From an uncultured bacterium (GTDB lineage Bacteria > JAGOEH01): a DNA stretch of 64,000 nt. The notes under the pieces were generated by a model, which saw only the letters and a program-made list of their open reading frames with translations, was not told the origin of the DNA and did no database searches. Position 1 is the first letter of the stretch. Every line of letters begins with the position of its first letter. The stretch spans positions 1 to 64,000 of the forward strand of contig CAZWDO010000014.1 of assembly GCA_964632485.1 (NCBI GenBank). The letters run 5' to 3'. Of the stretch, positions 1-8,658 are shown piece by piece. The position numbers and the translations under genes are program-made.

Positions 1-497
1 ATGCAGGGCCGTCGAAGAAGCCTTCGAAAAAAGGCGGCGCTGGCTGAAGCGGCGAGTGGCGTGGCGGAAGGCGAGCAAGGGAACGGCTCGGGCGGGGGTG
101 TGGAAAAAATGGGCGGAGGGCGCATGAGAAGTGATAGTGAAACGAGAAGGATGACCAAACGAAAGGACGGAAACGTTATGCGGAATCGAGATGAAGGCAT
201 GGACAAGAATCGAAGGAGCGCGGAACAGGCGGCGACGGACGCGGGAGCGTGGTCGGCGGCGGGTCGGGCGTGTGAGCTTGAGGCGGGGCCGGGGCTCCGC
301 GGGAATCGGGGATCGTTGAGTCGGCTGGCGCTGTTGGCGCTGCTGGCGGGGCTGGCGTGGCTGGGGACGCTGTCGGCGTCGGGAGATGATGCGAGGAGCG
401 ATCGCCGGGAGCGGCGTTCGGGGGAGCGGAACGCGGTGGCGGAGGCGACGAGCCGGGATCGAATGGGGGGCAGGTCTCGCCGGACGGCGCATGGCGG

Positions 498-2261
498 ATG
501 AAGGCGGACGGGGGATTTTTCGGCGCGTTGGAGGAGGGACGCGAAGGGGAATGGGCGCGGGACGCTCTCGCGGAGATGGAGCGGGAGCGGGAGCTTGCTC
601 TCGCCCGCGAGCGGGCGCGGGAATGGCCGCGGGCCGAGATGCGCGGGCGGATGAGCGGGGAGAGCCGGGGGCAGTCCGGTGCGGAGGCGGCGATGGTCAT
701 GCGCGAGGGCGCATGGGCGCGGGAATCGGCGGTGGATGAGCGTTTGCGGGGGACGGCGTCGGACACGGCGATCGTGCATTTCGCCGATTCGATACTGGAA
801 GCTATAGTTCGAGGTTATCTCGGGATTCCCCAGGGGCCGATCACGGCGCGGGATATGGCAACACTGGTGGAATTGTGTATCGATTATGATGATATCCGGG
901 ATCTGAGCGGACTGGAATACGCGGTCAATCTGCGGGAATTGGATGCTAACAATAATCTCTTTACGGATTTGAGCCCGCTCGCGGGTCTCGCGAAGCTGGA
1001 GGAGCTGGACTTGGGCAACAATCCCCGGATCGAAGACATCAGCCCGCTGGGAGGCTTGGCCGCGTTGAAATTGTTAGGTTTATATTATTGCGAAATTGAT
1101 AGCGGCAAACATCCGGAAGCCATCGCCAATCTGTCGAACCTTGAGGTTCTATTTTTAGATAATAACCAATTAACGGAGGCGAGCTGGCTGGCGGGATTGA
1201 CGAAATTAAACAATCTTATATTGTCTGACAATCAGCTCGCGGATATCTCCCCGCTCGCCGGATTGGTCGCGTTGAATTGGCTCTATCTTGGCGGCAACAT
1301 CATCGAAGATGTGTCGGCCCTTTCCGCCCTGCTCGAGTTGGAAACCCTGTCGCTGTATGATAACGCCGTTCGGGATGTCGGCCCCCTCGGTTCGCTGGTC
1401 AATCTGAAATCGCTGTGGCTGAGCAAAAACGAGATCGGAGAGATCGGAGCCCTGGCGAACCTGTCGCAATTGGAGCTTCTCTGGCTGGAATTCAACCATA
1501 TCGAAGATGTTTCCCCCTTGAGCGCGAATGTTGGTCTGCGCGTGTTGCATCTGGATTACAACGAACGCATCGCCGACATTGCGAGTCTGTCCGCTTTAAC
1601 GAACCTGGAGGAGTTGCTGTTGAGCAGAAATCGGATTGAGGATATCGCGCCGTTGGCGGGTCTGACGAAGCTGACGACCTTGTCCGTGGGCGGGAACCTG
1701 CTTGACGATATCGCGCCGCTGGCGGGACTGACCCGTATGCGGCGTTTGGGTTTGTGGTTCAATTATCTCGGCGACGAGGATCTGCCGAATCTTTATGCAT
1801 TGGACAGCCTTCAGCCCAAGGGCGTTTATTCATCGGAAGGGGACTGCCTGCATTTGACGAGCTATATCGGGTACAGCGCGGCGGCGATAGACGCTCTGCG
1901 CGCGGAGTTGCCCAATATTCACTGGCCTGCTCAGATATGCTGGAACGAGCTGACGGGGATCGGGGAGGATGAGGCGGTCCGGCCGCGCGAGGGGATACTG
2001 GGAATTCGTCCGAATCCGTTCCGGGATCGGGTGTGTCTGGAAATCGGCGCTGACGGACGCGCCGAGGGGAGTCTGGAGATATACAATGTTCTGGGAGAGC
2101 GAGTGGCGCGGGTGGCGCGCGTGTCGCGTGTCGCGGGCGATCGGATCGTGGAGTGGGACGGGCGCGACGATTCGGGCCGTCCGGCGGGCGCGGGTGTGTA
2201 TATCGCGCGGCTGAGGCTGGGGGATCGCGTCTTCACCCGTCGCCTGACGCGCGTGCGCTGA
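498..2261 (+). CDS. Internalin-like leucine-rich-repeat protein with C-terminal FlgD-Ig/secretion-sorting-type domain
   Basis: About 14 tandem 22-aa LxxLxLxxNxIxDIxPL repeats after an internalin-like cap (IVHFADSILEAIVRGYLG); C-terminus PNPFRDRV..IYNVLGERV..WDGRDDSGRPAGAGVYIARL. No signal peptide in this frame, so the true start is uncertain. Confidence 0.85.
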   Translation: MKADGGFFGALEEGREGEWARDALAEMERERELALARERAREWPRAEMRGRMSGESRGQSGAEAAMVMREGAWARESAVDERLRGTASDTAIVHFADSILEAIVRGYLGIPQGPITARDMATLVELCIDYDDIRDLSGLEYAVNLRELDANNNLFTDLSPLAGLAKLEELDLGNNPRIEDISPLGGLAALKLLGLYYCEIDSGKHPEAIANLSNLEVLFLDNNQLTEASWLAGLTKLNNLILSDNQLADISPLAGLVALNWLYLGGNIIEDVSALSALLELETLSLYDNAVRDVGPLGSLVNLKSLWLSKNEIGEIGALANLSQLELLWLEFNHIEDVSPLSANVGLRVLHLDYNERIADIASLSALTNLEELLLSRNRIEDIAPLAGLTKLTTLSVGGNLLDDIAPLAGLTRMRRLGLWFNYLGDEDLPNLYALDSLQPKGVYSSEGDCLHLTSYIGYSAAAIDALRAELPNIHWPAQICWNELTGIGEDEAVRPREGILGIRPNPFRDRVCLEIGADGRAEGSLEIYNVLGERVARVARVSRVAGDRIVEWDGRDDSGRPAGAGVYIARLRLGDRVFTRRLTRVR

Positions 2262-2274
2262 AGGGGGGCGGAAG

Positions 2275-2730
2275 ATGCGACAATTTTATTGTGCCATTCT
2301 GCTGCTGACGATTGCGACATCTCCGCGGGCGCAGGATGTGACGCTGTACATGCACAATTTTACTAATGCAGCTTCTTTTTTTACCGAACTGACTACGCAG
2401 TTAGGAGTTGGCACTGTCACTACCATCCAATGCTCGTTCAACACAGGCTGGAGCAATAATCCCGGCGTTCAGTTCGATATCACCCCAGGCGCCGCTCCCG
2501 GCACTCCTTCAAGTAGTTTCAATGGCAATGGCAAATACCTTATTTTCAGTATCGAGAATACCGGCGCCACCGGCGTGCTGACGCCCTGCCATTTGGAAAA
2601 CCTCACCTTCCCGGGGGTCGCCGGTTGGCCGGTGGATGCCGGGTCCGGGGCCGGACTGTCGGCCAAGTCCGGAATGATCGAGGCGTGGCCAATGATTGAA
2701 GGGATTGGGGATTTATTCAGGCAGCATTAG
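2275..2730 (+). CDS. Hypothetical secreted protein, possibly truncated or chimeric at the 3' end
   Basis: ATG 14 nt after the LRR stop, preceded by AAGGGGG; signal-like MRQFYCAILLLTIATSPRA. The last ~40 codons run through a palindrome cluster and overlap the convergent gene. Confidence 0.4.
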   Translation: MRQFYCAILLLTIATSPRAQDVTLYMHNFTNAASFFTELTTQLGVGTVTTIQCSFNTGWSNNPGVQFDITPGAAPGTPSSSFNGNGKYLIFSIENTGATGVLTPCHLENLTFPGVAGWPVDAGSGAGLSAKSGMIEAWPMIEGIGDLFRQH

Positions 2731-3903
2731 CATGGCCGTCAGGGCTTTGAAAAGCTGTTCCTGGGTATATATTTTCATTTGGGTATAACTGAGCGCTCCC
2801 AGGTATTGGTATGTTTCTGCCAGTATCGGCGCGCGCGATGAATCCGTTGTATCGAACATCACGATGGTTTTGAATTTGAATGGCTTAAAAAATGAAAGCT
2901 GACTTACTACGATATTATAGTCAACGCAAATGAGAGAGGAATTTTGGAGGATCGTTATATCAAGTTTTTTTTCTGAATTCAAGTGTAGGGTTAAATTACG
3001 GATCCCTGCCAGCCTCTTGGATAGAACCTGTAGTATCGGGAGCTCGAAGATTGCGATTTCATCGCAAGCCGCCCGGGAGTCTTCGGAATCAATAAACTGG
3101 TTAGCGCCAAAATAAAATTGGATGCGTTCCTGTTGACGGGCTGCGTCTTCTTTTTCAAGACGGATCAATTCCTGCTCGACCTTGCGAATCTGCTGAATTA
3201 AAAAATCTTCTAAAAAGGTATCAAACCTAAAAATCTTCTGGTAATGCTCCAGTTTTTTCTTTGTTTCCGGCTGTGTTACTAACTCAAGGTTAACATCCAA
3301 TTGCGCTTTCAGGGGATCAATGATGACAACGTTGAAATACCCGCGTTTAACTTTCACTTTTGCCATGGGAAATACTACATTCAGATACGGGAAAAACGCT
3401 ATACTGATTTTAGAAAAATCCTGGTCCGGATAAAAAAAAGGAGAACGGGAAAAAATTCCGAATCCGCTATAAGCCGCGTCAATCACATATCCCTTTGGTT
3501 TCATAGTTCCTCCATCGGGAATAGAAACAATCAGCCGGCTTTGCAGGTTTTTATGGATTTTGTAAATGGCTCGAGCTTTAATATATTGCAATTTGCGGGG
3601 AATTTTACCGTAAAACCTTTTTTCACTTCGATTTAAATCGATCACACACTCAACTAAAAAACGGCGGTCCGCCAAAAAAAATTGGGCCGTTACAGGACCG
3701 GTTGAAAGTTCCTGTTCCGTATAAATTACCAAATGCCCTTTATATAGTTTCATCGGTAAAGTTGGAACTGGTTTTTCCGGAAAAATAATATTGAAGTACT
3801 TGTCGCGGAGCGCTGTTTCCACTGCTTGCGATTGGTTGATCAATTGCTCAAAAAGTACATTTATTGCAGTACTGTCCTCTAACGGAATCCAATGTTTTGC
3901 CAT
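2713..3903 (-). CDS. Hypothetical protein with degenerate YcgR/PilZ-like region and C-terminal receiver-like domain
   Basis: 396-aa ORF with its own promoter. IPRKLQYIKARAIYKI and VIDAAYSGFGI sit where the PilZ RxxxR and DxSxxG motifs are expected; the tail LGALSYTQMKIYTQEQLFKAL resembles the end of a REC domain. Confidence 0.5.
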   Translation of the reverse strand: MAKHWIPLEDSTAINVLFEQLINQSQAVETALRDKYFNIIFPEKPVPTLPMKLYKGHLVIYTEQELSTGPVTAQFFLADRRFLVECVIDLNRSEKRFYGKIPRKLQYIKARAIYKIHKNLQSRLIVSIPDGGTMKPKGYVIDAAYSGFGIFSRSPFFYPDQDFSKISIAFFPYLNVVFPMAKVKVKRGYFNVVIIDPLKAQLDVNLELVTQPETKKKLEHYQKIFRFDTFLEDFLIQQIRKVEQELIRLEKEDAARQQERIQFYFGANQFIDSEDSRAACDEIAIFELPILQVLSKRLAGIRNLTLHLNSEKKLDITILQNSSLICVDYNIVVSQLSFFKPFKFKTIVMFDTTDSSRAPILAETYQYLGALSYTQMKIYTQEQLFKALTAMLMLPE

Positions 3904-3968
3904 TGTAGTCTGTTCAATCTTTCTTTATCGGTTCATTGATTATAACGGTATCGGGCTTTTTCTACTTT

Positions 3969-3997
3969 ATAATACGAAGAAAAAAAAAATAAGTCAA
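3969..3997 (-). promoter_or_regulatory. sigma70-type promoter for the PilZ-like gene
   Basis: TTGACT-N17-TATTAT on the minus strand. Confidence 0.65.
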
Positions 3998-4057
3998 GAA
4001 ATAATTTTTTCTTTTTTTAGGAATGTCTTTAAATCCGGTGATACTGTTAAAAACAAC

Positions 4058-4086
4058 TTGACATATTGCAGTTTGCCGATTATATT
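4058..4086 (+). promoter_or_regulatory. sigma70-type promoter for the outer-membrane protein/DUF362 pair
   Basis: TTGACA-N17-TATATT. Confidence 0.7.
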
Positions 4087-4232
4087 TTATTAAGAAGCTA
4101 TCGGGGTTTTAAAACATTGGGAAACACTTGTGAATGAACTCGGGGCTATCAGTAACTTTCATATCCTTAATCGGGATTTTGACTGAATGATGTATGGATT
4201 TGATAATTATAAAACGAAAAGGAAGGTCCATT

Positions 4233-5198
4233 ATGTCGCGTTTTTTTTTCATCATATCTATGCTGGGTTTTTCACTTCTTCCCGCGCTGGCGGCTGGAGA
4301 GGAATCTCTCTTATTAGTTCCCTTTCAATCAATTGGAGTGGATTCTATTCCGTTACAAACAGCGTATCGTTTGCTGGAACAAGAATTGGATAATGCCCGG
4401 CATTGGCGAGTGGTGGTTCCTGATGCTGATTCCGTGGAAAGGATGAGTGTCGCGCGTAACGCTCTGATCCGGTTGGGGCGTGATTGGCAGTGCGATAAGG
4501 TAGTCAGTGTGCAATTCAACCGCTTGGAAGAAAAAATTATTGTTTCTTATCGCTATTTGGATGTCCGGACCGATTCAATTATCCTCGCGGATCAAGCTAT
4601 TGCATTGAATGCCGATGATTTTGACGTGATTATGCATCGGATTGCTCAGAGTATCATTGTCAGGAAACAATTTAGCCGAAGCGCCGAACTAGGTTCTATC
4701 ACTGAAGGTGAGACCCGGGAGATACGAACTCGCCAGGCTTTACTCTATGGAGGTGTTGATTTTGGCTATCTTTATCCTCAATCAGGATTTGATGGTGATA
4801 TGAGCCGGAGTTTTTCCCTGGATTTTATCAGTACGTATGAAAACCATGGACATTTAATCTATGGATTGCTGGGAATACGTAAGGGTTTTATCATGAATTT
4901 AGGTTATACCTATATGTTGGCAGGTGGTAAGGATTTTTCGCCTTATCTGGGAGGTGGCGTCGGTTTCCATTGGATCGGTCACAATTCATGGGACGATACT
5001 AAGCAGGAAGAGATTACCGGACGAGGGGATGGTTTTGAAATTATGGCCAAAACCGGGATGATGTTGTTTCGGACTTATAATTTCAGAGTGTTGATCAATC
5101 TTGATTTAGCTTATACAATGAACGATTTTGATGATCAAAGTATTGTATTAACGATTGGATTGCTTCATGCCGGTACACGGTTTCTGGGAATTTTTTAA
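4233..5198 (+). CDS. Putative outer-membrane protein: TolB_N/CsgG-like periplasmic domain plus small beta-barrel
   Basis: ATG 4233 follows AAAGGAAGG and gives signal peptide MSRFFFIISMLGFSLLPALA; alpha/beta segment LLVPFQSIGV..LGRDWQCDKVV..YRYLDVRT; C-terminal amphipathic strands (FSPYLGGGVGFHW) ending in Phe. Confidence 0.6.
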   Translation: MSRFFFIISMLGFSLLPALAAGEESLLLVPFQSIGVDSIPLQTAYRLLEQELDNARHWRVVVPDADSVERMSVARNALIRLGRDWQCDKVVSVQFNRLEEKIIVSYRYLDVRTDSIILADQAIALNADDFDVIMHRIAQSIIVRKQFSRSAELGSITEGETREIRTRQALLYGGVDFGYLYPQSGFDGDMSRSFSLDFISTYENHGHLIYGLLGIRKGFIMNLGYTYMLAGGKDFSPYLGGGVGFHWIGHNSWDDTKQEEITGRGDGFEIMAKTGMMLFRTYNFRVLINLDLAYTMNDFDDQSIVLTIGLLHAGTRFLGIF

Positions 5199-5218
5199 CA
5201 TATTTCAGGAGATAGATT

Positions 5219-6328
5219 ATGAATAAAAGTATCGTTTTTTTTACGGATTTACGCACGAAACCGGGATTAAATCTATTAGATAAATTGAGAGTATTAATTC
5301 ATAAACTTGATTTTAAAAAAATGGAATGGAAAAACCGATTTGTCGCAGTCAAGATACATTTTGGCGAACCGGGCAATCTGGCATATATCCGTCCGAATTA
5401 CGCGGCGTTGGTGGTGGAGGAGATTGCCAAATTGGGTGGAAAACCCTTTTTGACCGATGCCAATACCCTTTATCTGGGTCAACGCGCCAATGCTGTTGAT
5501 CATTTGCAGGCGGCTATGCGGAACGGTTTTAATCCGATGACATTGAATTGCCAGGTATTGATTGCCGATGGGCTCAAGGGTACAGATTATCGGGAAATTC
5601 TGTTGGATTTAAAACATTGCAAGACAGCCAAGATCGGTTCCGTTATTGCGGATGCTGATATTATTTTTTCCCTGAATCATTTTAAAGGGCATGAATTAAC
5701 CGGATTCGGGGGCGCACTGAAGAATTTGGGTATGGGTAGCGCCGCTCGCGGGGGAAAACTCGAAATGCATTCCACTTCTCAACCCCGGGTCAGCCCTAAA
5801 AAGTGCGTTGGCTGTGGCATTTGTGTCCGCAATTGTTCCCAATCCGCCCTGTCGCTGAATGCATCGAAAAAAGCCCAAATTGATTATAATCGCTGCATCG
5901 GTTGTGGCCAGTGTATTGCGATGTGTCAATACGGGGCAATGCAGGTTGTCTGGAATTCCCAGGCTGATGTGGCAGGTGAAAAAATTGCGGAATATGCCTT
6001 TGCGGTTGTTAAAGATAAACCCCATTTTCATGTCAATTTTATTATGAACGTGTCTCCAAATTGCGATTGCTGGAGTAATAACGATATGGCTGTCATTCCC
6101 GATATCGGTATCGCCGCCTCTGGCGATCCCGTAGCGCTCGATATGGCCTGTGTTGACTTAGTCAACCAGGCCACTTTGAATTCTGGTTCAGTGCTCGATC
6201 GTTCCGATTTCGATATGCAAAAAGATAAATTTTGCCAAATCCATCCTCAAACTAATTGGCGAGCGAGTATTGACCATGCGGCTACTATCGGACTCGGCAA
6301 TCCCGAATATGAATTGATCAGGATTTAA
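5219..6328 (+). CDS. DUF362 family iron-sulfur protein with 2x[4Fe-4S] ferredoxin domain
   Basis: VAVKIHFGEPGN, HFKGHELTGFGGALKNLGMG, CVGCGICVRNC and CIGCGQCIAMC, SPNCDC, DPVALDMAC. Confidence 0.9.
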   Translation: MNKSIVFFTDLRTKPGLNLLDKLRVLIHKLDFKKMEWKNRFVAVKIHFGEPGNLAYIRPNYAALVVEEIAKLGGKPFLTDANTLYLGQRANAVDHLQAAMRNGFNPMTLNCQVLIADGLKGTDYREILLDLKHCKTAKIGSVIADADIIFSLNHFKGHELTGFGGALKNLGMGSAARGGKLEMHSTSQPRVSPKKCVGCGICVRNCSQSALSLNASKKAQIDYNRCIGCGQCIAMCQYGAMQVVWNSQADVAGEKIAEYAFAVVKDKPHFHVNFIMNVSPNCDCWSNNDMAVIPDIGIAASGDPVALDMACVDLVNQATLNSGSVLDRSDFDMQKDKFCQIHPQTNWRASIDHAATIGLGNPEYELIRI

Positions 6329-6369
6329 AACGTTCGTCCATAAACGGTTTTTATGTAGAGTTTACAGGA

Positions 6370-8178
6370 TCAACTGTTTTTTTCTGAACGTTTGCGGTCG
6401 TTTTTATCCAATACTTTTTTTCTCATCCGGATATTGTGCGGAGTTACTTCCAGCAATTCATCGTCGGCGATAAATTCTAGGGCTTGCTCCAGACTGAATT
6501 TTACCGGGGGCGTCAGTTTAATGGCATCATCGGAACCGGACGCGCGCATATTCGTCAGTTTTTTGGTTTTACAGACGTTGATGATCAGATCGTCTTCTTT
6601 GGCGTTTTCTCCGACAATCATCCCTTCATAAACAGTAAATCCAGGCTCAATAAATATTTTACCCCTGGCTTGAAAACTATCCAGCGCATAGGCAATTGCT
6701 TTACCGGCTTCCAATGCAACCAATACGCCTTTATTCCGTTTTGGTATATCGCCTTTATAGTATTCATATTCATAGAAACTATGGTTAATTATACCGGTAC
6801 CTCGGGTTTCCGTCATGAATTCATTTCTAAATCCGATCAGTCCCCGTGAAGGAACCTTGAATTCCAGACGAGTATATCCATCGCTTCCCTGGATCATATT
6901 GAGCATCTCGCCTTTACGGATACCCAGCATTTCAATCACGACACCCACAAAATCGTCAGCGACATCAATCACTGCTAATTCAATCGGTTCGGTTTTATGA
7001 CCATCCAGGTCGCGATAGATGACTTCCGGCTTGGAAACTTGTAATTCAAATCCTTCACGCCGCATATTCTCGATGAGAATGGCCAATTGAAGTTCACCTC
7101 TGCCTTTAACGATAAATGAATCCGCTGAATCGGTCCGTTCCACAATCAGGCTGACATTGGTCTGCAACTCTTTTTGCAGGCGATCCCAGATATTTCTTGA
7201 AGTCACATATTTTCCGTCTTTTCCGGCTAACGGAGAATCGTTGACCATGAACGTCATGGCCAGGGTCGGGTCATCTATTTCAATCAAGGGCAAAGGGATC
7301 GGTTTATTCTTATCCGCCACGGTTTCTCCAACATCAATCCGCTCCATTCCGGCGAGTGTGATAATATCGCCGGCAAAGGCTTCTTTTACTTCTTTTTTCT
7401 TTAACCCCTCATACGTAAAAATTTTGGTAATCCGGTATAATAAGCGTTCGCCGTCACGTTTCATTAATACAATTTCTTCACCTTGCTTCACTTTGCCATT
7501 ATAGATTTTACCAGTCCCCATCTTGCCGAGGTAATTGTCATATTCAATGGTGGAAGCTAAAAATTGCAACGGTTGTTCAACATCGCCGTCAGTATCGTCA
7601 ACCTGGGATATAATGGTATCAAACAGTGGAATTAAATTGCTGGCCTCTTCGCTGGGATCATAACAAGCATAACCTATTTTTGCCGATGCATAAACGACCG
7701 GAAAATCCAATTGGCTGTCCGTGGCATTCAACTCAACAAACAGATCAAAAATTAGGTTTAAAACTTCATTTGGACGGGCGTTTTGTCGATCAATTTTGTT
7801 GATTACTACTATTGGACGCAATTTGTGTTCCAAAGATTTTTTCAGGACATATTTGGTTTGTGGCATGGGACCTTCAAACGCATCAACCAATAACAGCACA
7901 GAATCCACCATTTTTAGAATTCGTTGGACTTCGCCGCCAAAATCTGCGTGGCCAGGTGTGTCGATAATGTTGATTTTATAATCCTGATAATGGAATGCGG
8001 CATTTTTAGAAAAAATAGTGATTCCACGCTCTTTCTCAAGATCATTGGAATCCATGATCCGCTCATCAACTTTTTGATTGTCTCTAAAAACACCCGATTG
8101 TCTTAAAATAGCATCGATCAGTGTCGTTTTTCCATGATCAACGTGGGCAATAATCGCAATATTCTTAATTTTACTCAT
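6370..8178 (-). CDS. typA: Translational GTPase TypA/BipA
   Basis: NIAIIAHVDHGKTTL, DTPGHADFGGEV, NKID, GRGELQLAILIENMRREGFE, KKLTNMRASGSD; 602 aa. Confidence 0.98.
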   Translation of the reverse strand: MSKIKNIAIIAHVDHGKTTLIDAILRQSGVFRDNQKVDERIMDSNDLEKERGITIFSKNAAFHYQDYKINIIDTPGHADFGGEVQRILKMVDSVLLLVDAFEGPMPQTKYVLKKSLEHKLRPIVVINKIDRQNARPNEVLNLIFDLFVELNATDSQLDFPVVYASAKIGYACYDPSEEASNLIPLFDTIISQVDDTDGDVEQPLQFLASTIEYDNYLGKMGTGKIYNGKVKQGEEIVLMKRDGERLLYRITKIFTYEGLKKKEVKEAFAGDIITLAGMERIDVGETVADKNKPIPLPLIEIDDPTLAMTFMVNDSPLAGKDGKYVTSRNIWDRLQKELQTNVSLIVERTDSADSFIVKGRGELQLAILIENMRREGFELQVSKPEVIYRDLDGHKTEPIELAVIDVADDFVGVVIEMLGIRKGEMLNMIQGSDGYTRLEFKVPSRGLIGFRNEFMTETRGTGIINHSFYEYEYYKGDIPKRNKGVLVALEAGKAIAYALDSFQARGKIFIEPGFTVYEGMIVGENAKEDDLIINVCKTKKLTNMRASGSDDAIKLTPPVKFSLEQALEFIADDELLEVTPHNIRMRKKVLDKNDRKRSEKNS

Positions 8179-8237
8179 TGAAGCGCATTTCCTTTTCCGG
8201 TTAAATTATCATTGTTTTAAATAAAATTGAATGCCTG

Positions 8238-8266
8238 AATCTATACTATTCCTGGGCAAAAGTCAA
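8238..8266 (-). promoter_or_regulatory. sigma70-type promoter of typA
   Basis: TTGACT-N17-TAGATT on the minus strand, ~60 nt upstream of the ATG. Confidence 0.6.
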
Positions 8267-8397
8267 TAGAATTTTTTATATTTCTTTAATTATCCCTGAA
8301 AATGGAATGCAATAAGTAACTTTTGTAACAGAGTAGCGCTTTTGAGTCGATAAAAGTCGCTTTTTTTGATAGTGTATTTCAATGCAGTTGGACAGGA

Positions 8398-8416
8398 GTC
8401 TGACTGTCAGTCAGAC
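8398..8416. promoter_or_regulatory. Perfect palindrome, candidate repressor operator
   Basis: GTCTGACTG-T-CAGTCAGAC (9-bp arms, 1-nt spacer) in the divergent typA/HAD intergenic region. Confidence 0.5.
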
Positions 8417-8505
8417 ATTTGAAAATTTTCATTACTCTTCGTAAATTTTTGAGGTAATATTTTTATTAAGCGGGCGCACGCGTGAATTTAAACGACATTT
8501 TTTCC

Positions 8506-8534
8506 TTGACATTTTATGTTGATATAATTATCAT
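8506..8534 (+). promoter_or_regulatory. sigma70-type promoter of the HAD phosphatase
   Basis: TTGACA-N17-TATCAT. Confidence 0.65.
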
Positions 8535-8658
8535 GGATTGGTTTTATTGTTCAAAATTAAGGGCTTTATATAGGTAGAAAGCCAAAGGTATTATTGAGTG
8601 AACCCATTGGAAAGTGTAGATATAGCCATTATTTTCTTGGAAAAAAGGAGAATTTCAC

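Noticed and set aside
176..766. Overlapping ORFs 176..766(-), 386..739(+) and 1931..2320(-)
   Set aside because: Low-complexity Arg/Pro/Ala/Gly translations expected from very GC-rich DNA; shadows of the LRR gene.
4048..4082. GCCGATTA as a sigma28 -10 box
   Set aside because: The nearest TAAA is 23 nt upstream rather than ~15, and the site lies inside a good sigma70 promoter.
4095..4190. Possible riboswitch in the leader of the outer-membrane protein gene
   Set aside because: No c-di-GMP-I/II or other consensus could be matched and no convincing stems were found.
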